Shown here: positions 37,092 to 49,430 of the stretch, in pieces | How positions within the stretch are numbered: the stretch's first letter is position 1 | Layout: each line of letters begins with the position of its first letter | Source of the DNA: Marsupella aquatica | Lineage: Eukaryota > Plantae > Marchantiophyta | Assembly (NCBI GenBank): GCA_973895155.1 | Contig: OZ316894.1 | Span: forward strand, 14,934,699 to 14,998,698 | Length of the DNA stretch: 64,000 bases | Direction: 5' to 3' | The notes under the pieces: generated by a model | Seen by the model: the letters and a program-made list of their open reading frames with translations, nothing else | What the model was told of the DNA's origin: nothing | Database searches by the model: none | Program-made: the position numbers and the translations under genes

Positions 37092-38633
37092 GCATGACTT
37101 CAGATAAATGACCACAGCTTGTGTCTCATGAATTCGTGTACTCTTTCCGCTATACGTCCATGGCCATCCAGGCTCGCAATTGAAGAAGGGAAGCACGTAA
37201 ATTAACATACACGGGATGCATCAGCGACTGTTTCAGATAGTGACACTGAGACATGGGATCTTAGTGCATCATGGACTAGGCAATGAGAATTGCAGTGGCA
37301 TATAGTATATAAGTGTAGAGGTGTCAGTGAAAATAATCTGTAAACAAGTTTTACTCCATGTACTCTGAAATGCATTATGCTTGAAACCTTTATATATAGA
37401 TAGATGTGGTAAACATATAGTGCAGTAACTGTACACATTCTGTACTTTGGCGTAATTAATTCAGGAAAAGATTGATGGATATTAGAGAAAAAGAGCAATT
37501 TCACATCATCGGTTATCATTAATACTGTGATATCAAGTTTGAGCTGCATATAATACAAATAATAGAATATGCAGTAGGTATTTTTTTTACACAATATCTT
37601 GAAGGCCTGTGTTCATATGATTTGGAAATTGTTCGATCGTATTGTTTTACCCTCTTCAAAGTTAATTTTCCGCTGCGGAATGTGAGCGAGGCAAGCAAGA
37701 TGTGAGAAAGCATCTTGGGCTGTCTGGGCCTGGGTACTGGAAGTTGGACAGAACGTATAACTGACAACAGGGTTCAACTTTATCAAGGGCTGAAGGGCGT
37801 TATCCTTATGTACATGAAATACAATGGTTCTGAAACGTGAAACGCTTGCACCAAGGGATGCAGATTAAGAATAAGCAGATTACGAATAAACGTTCTTCTT
37901 CCTTGTTTGGACTAAATATATCTAGTTCAGTCTCAGTGTAGCAGATTTCGGTCGAACTATTGTCTATAGCCTATAGTCATCAAAAGTCACATGCATAGTT
38001 ATGTAAGTGGTTGATTTACAAGGGGATTAAGCGACGTTTTTAGAGAAGATGTAGGGGCGTGAGAAATTTGCCTCAGCTTGATGCTAATTTACGCACTTGC
38101 TGATTGCCACAGGCACTTTAAATTTGAGCTTGAAAGGTCAAGGTAAGGCCATAAATCCATTCTCACGTAGTTTGCCTACTTCACTCCACCTAGTACACTT
38201 TGGAAATATGCAGAACTTTTCAACCTCTTGTGGGGAAACATCCGCCTATGTACTATGCAAGCTTTTGGTGCTTGCGTGCTTTGGGAGCTTTCTGATTGTG
38301 GAAATTGTCTTCCATTAGTTTCTGTGATCTGCTGGACTTATTTGTGCGATCTCTGAGCTTCCACCATTGTTCTAGAGATCTATTGCTGCTTTGTATGCAT
38401 CAAGTTTTGCCTCTAGCTGCCTGGGATCATTTATTTGTTTCTTAGTATGGCTTAAGTCCAATCTGCCTCTCTTTTCTATCACCTTTGCATCCCCTTTTCC
38501 GGTGACTACTTTTCAGTGATTTGCGTCTTGTCTTAGATTTCGACCCTTTATAACTGCGCTTGTAGGTTTTTATGCTACACCATGCCTTCTTTCCATTTGC
38601 CTCACCTCTCCTTGAATGCTTATTTGCACTTTT

Positions 38634-38947
38634 TTCATTCCTCCATTTTATCTTTCCTGGTTTGTTTGTCTCCTTCTGATGCTGTCACTTACTTCCAGTC
38701 CCTGGTTGTCCAAGCCAGTGCTGGGCAGGTATGTTTCTTCATTCCTCCATTTTATCTTTCCTGGTTTGTTTGTCTCCTTCTGATGCTGTCACTTACTTCC
38801 AGTCCCTGGTTGTCCAAGCCAGTGCTGGGCAGGTATAGTGTTTCTTCGTTCCTCCATTTTATCTTTCCTGGTTTGTTTGTCTCCTTCTGATGCTGTCACT
38901 TACTTCCAGTCCCTGGTTGTCCAAGCCAGTGCTGGGCAGGTATAGTG
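38634..38947. repeat. Three near-identical tandem copies of a 104-107 bp unit
   Basis: CTCCATTTTATCTTTCCTGG...CCAGTGCTGGGCAGGTAT starts at 38641, 38745 and 38852. Confidence 0.95.
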
Positions 38948-39138
38948 GACACCGCTGACCAGCAAGGGATGGTATTAGCCTGGGCCCCCCAAAATGACAA
39001 GTTTCTTCACCTATTGATAGTCTCAATGTGCCACCATGTCTCCTTCGAAAAACGGGAGCGTTCATGAATTTTAGAGAACCACCTTGCTCTCATGGACTCA
39101 TGGCAGCCCATGACCAAGGCAAGTCCATAATTACAATA

Positions 39139-39430
39139 GGGTGTCTCAAAGGTGACAAATTACAGATGATGGCAATTCAGCCATAAAGGAATGGTCATAA
39201 CTTTTTCACAAGCTTATGTTAAAATTCTTTTTTTGCTTTTTCTTTCAGTGACTGGTGGTAATGGCACAAGACCAATTCTTATAGCAAAAAGTTATGGACT
39301 GTGAAATTTAGTAGACCTTAACTTTTTAACCCAGAACTAGGGAATTAAGGTCCATCGAATTTTGTGTCCTTGTGTCCTTAACCCATAACTAGGGAGTTAA
39401 GGTCCATCAAATTGTCAGCTTGAGACGCCC
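39139..39430. mobile_element. MITE with ~22-bp TIRs, flanked by TA
   Basis: Left end GGGTGTCTCAAAGGTGACAAATT; reverse complement of right end GGGCGTCTCAAGCTGACAATTT. TA on both sides. Confidence 0.7.
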
Positions 39431-40369
39431 TAATGATTGGACCAAACCTGATTTGATAAGTATGCGCCATCAGACCAAACCTGCTTGAACTAGCATAACT
39501 CCTGGATCAGGGCAATCAGATGGGGACCAGAATGGGTGGTGGGGAGACATTGATTTCTTCTTCCTAAGGTCAAATGGTGGAGCATGCATCCTTGCTTTGC
39601 TCAATTTTCCAGTGCACTACCAGAATGGACACTAGGACACAGGTGTTGTCGTGACGTCTAGCATTGTGGCATTAATTAACACAGTGAAATGATATGTAAG
39701 GAGTGGAGACTTAATAGAAACAAGTGTACTGAAATCAAATTGTAACATGGGGGATGCCAAGATCAGCCAGGAGCATGGAAACGAGTGTGCATTCTCCGAC
39801 ACTTGTAGAAGAAACCACCAAGACAAGAAACAAGTTAGTCATTAAACCTATCACTTCTAAGATGGCAACCATAGGAGAGACTTCACTTAGAAATTCAATC
39901 AGATTCTTTGTTGTCTCCCTCAAAGAGACCTCCAATTTCCCAACAGTCTCCACGGCTATGACTCTTGAAGGCACTGAATTCACCTCACAATCTCAACATG
40001 ATGTATTGTAGTTTTGGCCAAATGTATCAAACCAACTTGCACATTCCCCATAGCACATGGCACAGCCGGAACAACCGGAGAGCCAACCACTATAAAATAT
40101 TACAAACCTGTATTCAGCTGGCATCCAGGAGAGTCATGCCAAGTTTGTGAGACCACGCAATTCTTGCATAGCGGCAAGCTCTCAATTGCGCCTCCTGAAT
40201 TTGAGTCAAAGCAAACAATCTGGTCTTGTTGTCCAAATGTCTGGAAGAGGTGAGAAAGGTTCATCTGTGGAGATAGAGAAAAATGTGAGAAATTGGTGAG
40301 AGGAGCAATTCCCAGAGCAATTTAATCAATTATCAATGATTGATATCAGTCACCGACGTATTTTTGGAC

Positions 40370-40990
40370 AATCTTGGAGGCCTCTCCAAGATTAACACCC
40401 TTTTTTAGTCAATGTTGGAGTCCTCTCCAAGATTGACATCCTGTTTTGTGTCAATCTTAGAGGCCTTTCCAACATTGAGTTGCTCTCCAAGATTGGGTCG
40501 GAATCTTGGAGAGGCTTTCCGAGATGGGGTCAACACTAGGTTGGCATCTTGGAGAGCCTCTCCAATTAGATGGGATCAACACTGGGTTGGAATCTTGGAG
40601 AGCCTCTCCAAGATTGGGTCGGAATCTCGGAGGGCTCTCCGAGATGGGATCAACACTGGGTTGGAATCTCGGAGAGCCTCTCCAAGATTGGGTCGGAATC
40701 TTGGAGGGCTCTCCAAGATGGGATCAACACTGGGTTGGAATCTTGGAGAGCCTCTCCTAGATGGGATCAACGTTGGGTTCAAATCTTGGAGAGCCTCTCC
40801 AAGTTGGGGTCAAACCTGGGTTGGAATATTGGATAGCCTCTCCAAGACTGGGTCAAAATCTCAAAGAGGCTCTTTGAGATTGGGTCAAAACTAGGTTGGA
40901 ATCTCAAAGAAGCTCTCCAAAATTGGTTCAACACTGGGTTGGAATCTCAGAGAGCCTCTCCAAGATTGGGTCAAAATTGGGTTCAATTGA
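40370..40990. repeat. Tandem array of palindromic units with alternating short and long linkers
   Basis: Core AATCTTGGAGAG-C-CTCTCCAAGATT repeated roughly 14-15 times, linked by GGGTCGG or GGGATCAACACTGGGTTGG. Confidence 0.9.
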
Positions 40991-41384
40991 TAACATCATT
41001 TGGATTCTTGAAAATATATGATTATGAAAGGACACAAAATTAGATATATCTACCCATTAAATGACATCTATAACGCAACATTGTCAGCGCATCCTAAGAG
41101 CCCTCTCAACATCTACAATGCATCTTGTCACACCAAAGCACGTGTCACTATGCGGATTTCCAACCCGTGGGACATGACTTCGTTAGTAATTGAGGGTTCA
41201 GGCAAGGAGGGATGCGCATTATGCTATATTTACAGCGTACTAGCGCTAACCGTGCATTACCATACATGTATAATCCTTACTAATAGGTATAGTTTATGTT
41301 CTGCCACTACCCTTGTCTGATTCCCCAATCAGTCTTGGCTTAAGGTCTTCTATGCCTTTGTTCGTACTTATACAAACAAAGAAA

Positions 41385-42567
41385 GTTAAAAGAGAACTTG
41401 CAGTTAAGGTACTTCGTTCTCTATATGGTTTAAAACAGAGTGGGCGGACCTGGTACAAACAATTCAAAGCTGAAATGATTGCACTGAATTTTATTACTGA
41501 CGACATTGCCCCTTGCCTATTTCTCAAACAAGAAGGAAATGAATTCGTCATTATCTCAATTTATGTGGACGACATAAATATTTTTGGCACAGCAACAATC
41601 ATAGCTGAGACAATAGACATCCTAAAGAAGACATTCGAGATGCGGGACATAGGTAAGCCCACCTATTGCTTGGGCTTACAATTTAATCACTTGCATAATG
41701 GTATACTAATTAATCAATCTACCTATACTAAGAAGGTATTAAAACAGTTTAACATGGATACTGCTTACCCTGTTAGCACTCCTATGGATTTGAGGTCCTC
41801 AGATCCTGAAAAGGATACATTCAAGAAATGGACTGCACCGGAAGCAATTCTTGGCCCAGAAAAACCTTACCCCTCAACCATCGGGGCTCTCATGTACCTG
41901 GCTACACAGTCCCGTCCTGACATCTCTTTCGCAGTGAATCTTCTTGCACGCCATAGTGCAAAACCAACTATCCATCACTGGAATGGTGTAAAGCGAGTAT
42001 TCCGTTACCTACGAGGAACCACAGACCTGGGACTATTTTTCCCAAGCAGTCAGAAAATCTATTGGTGGGATATACGGACGCAGGATACCTTTCAGACCCT
42101 GACGACGCAAAATCCCAGACGGGATATGTTTTTCTTTAGGGAAGTACTGCTATCTCATGGAGAAGCTGCAAACAGACATTGACAGCTACTTTGTCTAACC
42201 ACGCGGAGATCATTGCCCTCTACGAAGCCACTAGGGAATGCATTTGGTTAAGACACTTGATAGATCATATTCAGACAAACACAGGCAGACCTCGATTTGA
42301 TAAACCTACGATTATATATGAAGATAATTGACCCTGTGTCGATCAGATAGTGCAAGGATTTATCAAAGGGGATCGTATTAAACATATAGCACCCAAGTTC
42401 TTCTATACACATGAGCAGCATGGCAAATAGGTCAATGTGCAGTGGATTCCTAGCAAGGAAAATTGAGCAAATTTATTTACGAAACCACTACCACCATCCC
42501 TACACAGAGAACATACATATGGTATTGGAATGAGAAGCATGACCTCAATGCTGCAGGGCATTGATAG
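41385..42567 (+). pseudogene. pol: Ty1/Copia RT-RNase H remnant (Bianca-like), 5'-truncated
   Basis: RSLYGLKQSGRTWY, IYVDD, IGALMYLA...RPDISFAVNLLAR; then a frameshifted RH GYTDAGYLSDP...SNHAEIIALYEA...IKGDRIKHIAPKFFYTHE...FTKPLP. Confidence 0.93.
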
Positions 42568-42614
42568 ATAAATCGGAAAACCAGAGATATACTCTACTGC
42601 AATACTGATCACTG

Positions 42615-43510
42615 AACAGATTGAGGGGCTGCAAAAGCTATTTCTTGAGATGGAGCTTGGGATCAAGTCACAAACCCCATATGCACTTACACTTGCAGAG
42701 GTAGGCTTGTTTCCTTTGGAGGTGGAGGCACTCTTCCACACACTCAAATACATCATGCGTGTAAGAGAGTTGGAGGAAAACAGATTTCCTTTTCATGCCT
42801 TGCGCTCATCTTCAGCTAAAGGGTGGTATGCAGATGTGTGCAGGTGGGCCCATGCTTGGGATTTTCCTGAACATGAATGGCCAACACACCCAACCAAGCT
42901 AAGAGCAAAACTTGAGCAAAAGGCTTTGCACAAACTTTGGCATGAACCTAGCCCACGGCAGCAATACTACATGAGAGATGTGAACCCCATGAAGAAATAT
43001 CGAGAACAAGAATACTTATCTAGCACTATCTCAGTACAACTTAGACAACTTATTGCTCAGTATAGACTAAGCTCACACCACCTTGAAGTAGAACAAGGGA
43101 GATGGAAGGATATTGACAGGAAAAAGAGGGTTTGTCAACTATGTGATAGCTCTAGTATAGAGAATGAATATCATGTATTCATTGCTTGCAAGTTTTATGA
43201 GGGGGTTAGGATGGCATCTCAAATCTTGGTGAAAGATTTGTATGCATTGTTTGGTCTGCCCCCTCAACAACTTGGAAGATATATCTTTGCGGTGGATAGG
43301 GAAAGGAGAATAGGTTTGGAAAATCTTTCAGGGCTCTCTAGGTCCATAGGGCTCTCTAGGTCCATAGTTTCTTTGAGGACATAGTTGTCCTCTTCTGAGC
43401 AATCTCTTTTGGTTGCTCTTTTCTTTGATTGCATTGTACTTTACTTTTTGTGGCAGCTCCTTTGACTTTCATGGTCCCGGAGCTTATAATACATTACCAT
43501 TACCATTACC
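42615..43510 (+). mobile_element. 5'-truncated RTEX-like LINE with (CATTAC)n tail, inserted in the Copia 3' region
   Basis: ORF2 C-terminus YRLSSHHLEVEQGRW...CQLC...ENEYHVFIAC and tail CATTACCATTACCATTACC. AACA at both junctions. Internal 18-bp duplication (GLSRSI x2). Confidence 0.9.
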
Positions 43511-44239
43511 AACATTCGGCTTACGCTGATATGAAAAATGAACAACATAGCCAAGCTCAGGATATGTATATACATCAAGAACCAAGAGAGACAGAGGTCG
43601 ACTTACAACCGACTCATTTTCGCGTTTAATCACAAATAAGCAAAGCATCTCCTCACCTCCTGAACTCCATCGACCATGACCTAGCTCCACCAAGAAAGCC
43701 GAGCATCTATCCCACGTTCTCCAGCATCATAAGCGCGTAGCAGCGCACAGCGGAACCAGCAGAAGTCGACCATCAGAAATCAACCACCAGCAGCTACCAT
43801 CGCCTTAGTTCGCGAATCAATGGACATCAACATTCTACATCAGCGCAACGCCAAACAGCAACGCGATTTCCTTTCTTTCCAGTGCAACATTCCTATCGAT
43901 TAACTTGAAGTTCTAATGTTTTCCACACTTTTTCGGGAATCAAGGTCCAGCTCACAAAGGAGACTATCGAATGCATACCTAGTATGTAAACTTCTTTTAC
44001 ACTTAGCATCACACTCAATAATCGATAGCATTTTGATTTACTTTTACATAGTCATGGTAATTCTTTGATATATTTCATTTTTGGCCTTAGACCATGTAAT
44101 AGTAGTGGCACTCTTCCCATGATTGAAGCATGGTTTTAATGAGACCATACTAAACTTTGGCCAAGTAATAGAAATATCATTAGAAGGGTTATTTTTTCCC
44201 CATATTTTTGTGGTTGTTTGAAATATTTTTCATTCAACC

Positions 44240-44356
44240 AAGGGGGAGTGTTATAAGGGATAAAACCCTAACCCTACTTACCCTAGAACATAGGAGGTTA
44301 CATAACCGCCATACCATGTACTACATAGGGAGAGATTTCCACCCCCACAAGGCAAT
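44240..44356 (+). mobile_element. Copia PPT and start of the 3' LTR, interrupted by LTR C
   Basis: AAGGGGGAG is followed by TGTTATAAGGG at 44249. Confidence 0.65.
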
Positions 44357-44822
44357 TGTCACGCGATTGACATGGGTCTTAACACCAAAAACGTCACTAT
44401 GGGTGCCAAAAGCATCTCCTTGTACCTAAGGATCACGAAGGGATGTTGTGAAGGCCGGTAAACACCAGTTTATGCCCTTAACACCAGACTATCATAGCAA
44501 GACTCCGTCACACATCACCCAAGCTCAATCCCTAAGAACCAAGGTTGGGAATCAAATCCTGTGCTCATGATAGTTCTGGTGAGAAGGGGTCTTCATATCG
44601 GGCCCGTACACACAGGGCCTAGCGCTACGATGCGCATATGTCTATACGTATGCTTACTGTCATAGGTATATTTCTATTCTTCCGCCGGAATGTACCCATA
44701 AACCAGTGACTCCTGACTGATTCCCGGCTTAGGGACTTCTAAGCCATTGCCCCACCACTCTGCCATTCCACTCTCAGCAATCAGAGCTCTGATAGCCCTC
44801 ACCCAACCCACTTCAATGCACC

Positions 44823-45130
44823 GAGGTGTTTACAAAAGACAGCAAACAGGAAACAGGATTTAATAACAAAAACTGGTAGCAGGAAAATGGGTGGAATTTT
44901 AATTTTTTTTAGAAAAAATAAAAATAAAAATCGGTCGACCAGTTTTTTTGCTAGCGCCCAAAGCTAACCAAAAATGTTGCATTGTTAATTTTTTTTGGAA
45001 ATAACATGTTTTAGGAGACATTTTTAAATTGTCATTTTTCCTGGTAACAATGATTTTTTCCTGGTAACAGCACATTAAAAACAGGAAAAAAAATTCTTGT
45101 TTACCTATTTTCTGTCTCCGTCGCTATACC
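44823..45130. mobile_element. Non-autonomous DNA transposon (MITE) with 9-bp TSD (Mutator- or hAT-like)
   Basis: CAATGCACC at 44814-44822 and 45131-45139; imperfect TIRs (AGACAG.AAA.AGG.AAACA.GA); AT-rich interior. Confidence 0.7.
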
Positions 45131-46399
45131 CAATGCACCCGGTACACCTCTTAGTGGCGCTGCTAGTCCCATCATACACTCAGATTGCCTTACACACACA
45201 CACACACATCCATGAGGGAAATGAGGCCTGAGAGGAAAACTCAATTAGATTCAAAGATGTGCACAATAGTTCACGGAGAACACTTGATCAGAACAATAGG
45301 CCTGAAGGTTGTCTACTCCAGATTGCGACGTGCTTGCCATGCAAGCTCAATCGTGAACCTGAGCCCGGCTCACTCCAGATTGCAACGGAAAATTGGACTC
45401 GAACCAATCCCGTACTTGCCTTGCAAACTCAATCCTGAACTCAACCTCCTTCACTGCACTTCATTCTGGGTGGCACATACAGATCTCACACCTCCATTTC
45501 CGAATGTCAAGTTACGCATGCACAGTTGACTCAACTTCAAAGCTGGTACCAGGCCTAACGGCGATCTATCCCAGACTGCAATGAGGCCCGGCCTCACCCT
45601 TGCCCTGCAAGCTCCGCTCTGGCCATAGATCCCTTAGTGCTCTCCACCAGACAAAGGTCGGGACTCCCCATGGATCACGTAGCCTTGCCAGACTGAACTG
45701 TAAATGCTCCTTCTGCTGCCCCTCAATCAGTGTCTCAGCCTCCCTAATGTGCCCACCGCAAATTGAATTGAAATCTTCCCCACAGTTTACAATCACCAAC
45801 ACAGCACCTATCACCAAGGCTCTATATTGGGGGAAAAGAACCCAGTTGTGTTGCCCACTAGAAAGAGCCACAATCGAGCTTGTAAACCTGGCCAACTGTT
45901 GCTGTGAAGCGTGGCTGATTACTCCCTGAGTAATAGCACAACCCAGCTCTCCCCAGCACACAGCTTCCAAGCCCAGCCTTCCTTGCACAGAGCTCCTCTC
46001 TGCTGCTCGGTCTACGTGAGATCACACAACTGAAGTCCCCCCCTTGCCTCTATCGGGGGCTGCTCTATATACTCTCATATTGAGCCCAAATCGGTGGATA
46101 CTACGCTGTTGGAGCCCCATCCTAGCCCTAACAGAGCCGCCACTATCTCTAACTACTGAACCCTAACTCGCAACTTTATTTCTATCTCGAATTGGCTATG
46201 TACTTCGGATTTGGCCCTCCTCCATGGTTTTTGCAAGCTTGAGCCTCCTCTCCCGATTTCTCTATTCAACCATTTTTTGCGTGGATAGCAGCGTTGGAAG
46301 CGGCTTGAGCTCCTCTTTCCAACAAGGTCAATTATAGCCAATTTGGTCAAATACACCGAGAGTTATGCCCCCACAACCGAGAGAGGGTACTCATTGTTG

Positions 46400-46710
46400 C
46401 GCTAACCCGAGTTCGGCTAACCTAGCTATCCTATCTAACCCGGGTAGAGCTAACCCGTGGTCTCGGGTTAGGCCGCTACCCGCTATCCGCTAATCTAGGC
46501 TAAGCTGAGCCCGAACCCGAGCTTAGGTTAACCGAAGTTTAGTCTAACCCGGGCTCAATATAACCCGAACCCGGGTTAAGCCTAAGCTGAAGCCATGCTG
46601 ACCTAAGCTAAGCTGAAGCCGTGTTGACCTGAGCTAAGCTGAATCCGAGCTCTCATAAGCTAAGTCGTAGCCTCAGCTTAGGTTAACCCGAAACCGAATC
46701 CGCTCATTCC
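46400..46710. repeat. Degenerate TAACCCG/GCTAAG sub-repeat cluster within LTR C
   Basis: Many TAACCCG(A/G), CGGGTTA and GCTAAGCTGA motifs. Confidence 0.6.
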
Positions 46711-48147
46711 GGCCACAAGTTAACCTGTCACACTAATCAGGCCGTATCTTTCTTAATACACCTCTGTTTCTCAAGTGTTTTATATCGATTTTATTCGCCT
46801 TGACCAGATCTTTCCAATGCTCTTTACAGATCCGGATTTGGTGACATATTGAAAGAGATATGGTCGCCGACCACCCGCAACATAGCTTTTATTTCCCTAC
46901 TCAATGCCATGATTGCCCTTATTCTTGCCATCTTGCTAATTGTTATGCAATATCAATAGCTACTCCTTGCATACAGCAACCTACTTACTCAGATTATAGA
47001 ATAAGGACCATGTCATCGGCGTCACAACAATGAAGGAAGTGAGCTTGCTGGTGTATCGTGTGTCCATAATTGATCCATAATAATTCTCACATTTTGATAA
47101 TTTTTGCGTCGAAGCGATCCGCTTTTCTTCTCTTATCTTTCCCTTATATTCTTTGCCTTATGTACATAGTAGTGAGACATCCTTTGGCCCGGATAGCAAA
47201 TGAATGAGTGATAGATGAGACCTTAGTGAACAAGATCTCTTTGGAAACTTAGGGGTGGGGCATCCTTTGGCCTGAATAGCAAAGAAACAAGAGAGTCATT
47301 ACGAATCAAGGAGGGAGAGATATCCCTAATCGTCCCCTTCATAACCCATTTTTGGTTAGAGTCCATCTTTTAGACAAGTCATCCATGATGCAATATTTAA
47401 CCTATCACTTTGAAGTTTAATTTGCAGCTACTGTTATGAGTTCTAATGAGCCAATAGTATACCTAATAGTATCTTACCAAGAGGAGTGGGGGTGCATTAA
47501 TATCTTTGTCCTCTATTGAAGTCATGGATCTAAATAGGAGTCCAAAGGACATTCCTATTTCATTTTTTCTTGGAGATATTAGGATCATATGTCGTAAAAA
47601 AATTAGTTTTCAAGAGGTGTTGATCCGCAAGTATGGTGAAGTAAGATTTAATGTTATATTAGTTTAACCTTAACCTTTCTTAATACCCACTACCTTTCTT
47701 ACAAGAGTTATCATTTTGGTTTTAGTGTATAACTTATGGGCATGCAAGGTTGACTTCATAAGAGCCACCATGCTCTTACCAAAAAACACGATCACCTGGA
47801 TAGCGGGAGAGATGCTACCTCCTCCGAGAAAACACATGACTAACTAACTACCAATTGACATGATTGACCGCCTGCACACTGTCCTATTGACTATCAATGG
47901 CAGGGATCGCCGACCGTGTTGCTAACATCTAAATCCTATTGTTAGTTGTTTCTAGCGCGTTGATTACCATTTATCCTATGTTGGATGTCCCTAACTAATA
48001 GTTTGTCCTAATCTTGCCTATCGCGCCGCTAATTGGAGCCTAACAATAACTATTCTGTCACTACGATTAAGTCACAGGATACCCGTGTCCTACAGCTATC
48101 CTGCGCGGCTGCCGGACCGCACCCTCCTTAACTGCCCCTTGTGCGTG

Positions 48148-49091
48148 TCACGCCATTGGTCCAGGGTTGGTCCCCTTGCTAGTTTGGGTCCTTGAGCCGC
48201 CTTGGTCAGAGGTGATTCCTGCCCCACTCCGCTGGCTCACCAACAACGTAATCCGCTCTTGCAAGGCCTTGTTGTCCCGTGCTGCTTCCTCCGCCTCGTT
48301 AGAGACTTCATCTACCTCCATTTGGAGTTGGGCCACCTCCATGTTAAGCAGCAGGTCGATCATTTTAAGGTCGGCCTGGTTCTGGGCCAAACGCTTATCT
48401 CGATTGGCGGTGACCGTATTCACCTGCTGGGCAACCTGAACAAATTGGTTGTTTAGATTGGTCAGGATGTTAACCTGAGTCAAGGACTCCATTTCCAGCT
48501 AAGCACAGTAGCCTCCAGTCCCTTAAGATCCGCTTGAGCCTTAAGTAATTCTTGATTTAGTCCATCCCGTTGTTCAGAGACACGGACTAAGTCCTTGCGG
48601 CAAGCAATGGTTGCCTCCTCCAGTTGCTCCATAGTCATCTGGAGATCCCTGATCTCATTCTCCTTGGCCATAAGTTCATCCTCCAAGCGGGTTACAAGCC
48701 GTGGATGGTGATCCAACATGAAGAAGGCCGGTTGGAAGTAATGTGCAACCTGTTGCCCAATGTACGTTGCTAAGTCCCCGAATAGGTCCTGACTAAATTT
48801 CTAGACCAAATCGTGGGCCAAGGTCTCGGAAACTACTTGGTAGTCCTCCATTCTCTCCTCGGGCAAGGGTGCATCCACAGTCGGGGTGGCCACATCCTTT
48901 GTAGTCTGCACCAAGGAGGGAATGGGTTCCTTAGGTGGTGGTGGAATTGGGGGTGGCTGTGCCGAGGGCAGCGGGGGTTCAGGTGGTGGTGGAGATGGCC
49001 CATTGTTCACAATGGTGCTGAACAGAGTAGAGGGCGGGGGAGTAGGTTGCAACGTAGGGGGTTGGGGTTTACCCGAGCGGTGGTGGTTGGG
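48148..49091 (-). pseudogene. C-terminal part of the LTR-embedded accessory ORF (copy C): Pro-rich linker and coiled coil
   Basis: DLV*KFSQDLFGDLATYIGQQVAHYF matches B GLLGDFSQQISRDTREYMAWRVAYFF; EAEEAARDNKALQERITLL matches B EVDAAKRENKSLLDQVQLL. Confidence 0.75.
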
Positions 49092-49430
49092 GTAATGGTA
49101 ATGGTAATGGTAATGTATTATAAGCTCCGGGACCATGAAAGTCAAAGGAGCTGCCACAAAAAGTAAAGTACAATGCAATCATTACCATTACCATTACCAT
49201 TCAAAGAAAAGAGCAACCAAAAGAGATTGCTCAGAAGAGGACAACTATGTCCTCAAAGAAACTATGGACCTAGAGAGCCCTAAAAGATTTTCCAACCTAT
49301 TCTCCTTTCCCTATCCACCGCAAAGATATATCTTCCAAGTTGCTGAGGGGGCAGACCAAACAATGCATACAAATCTTTCACCAAGATTTGAGATGCCATC
49401 CTAACCCCCTCATAAAACTTGCAAGCAATG
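49092..49430 (-). mobile_element. Short (~340 bp) 3' fragment of the RTEX-like LINE (repeated at 51966-52304 and 54840-55178)
   Basis: (GTAATG)n tail followed by the reverse complement of the LINE 3' end at ~43180-43490. Confidence 0.9.

Larger units (their letters stand above)
44357..49091 (-). mobile_element. ORF-bearing long LTR, copy C (5' part lost at the LINE junction)
   Basis: Minus-strand end TTAAGACCCATGTCAATCGCGTGACA at 44357. U5 motif and hairpin at 44663-44745. CCCCCCCTTGCCTCTA (46037-46052) is identical to B 21125-21140, with TATATAG nearby. Confidence 0.75.

Noticed and set aside
39632-40253. Short ORFs as a gene
   Set aside because: Multiple stops in all frames examined and no recognisable motif or splice structure.
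40370-40990. CRISPR-like look of palindromic repeats with spacers (also 60870-61460)
   Set aside because: The linkers are themselves repeated rather than unique, there are no cas genes, and the context is eukaryotic.
48801-49404. ORFs with HYHYHY or MVMVMV tracts as metal-binding or extensin-like genes
   Set aside because: They are translations of the (CATTAC)n tail joined to the Pro-rich linker of the LTR ORF.
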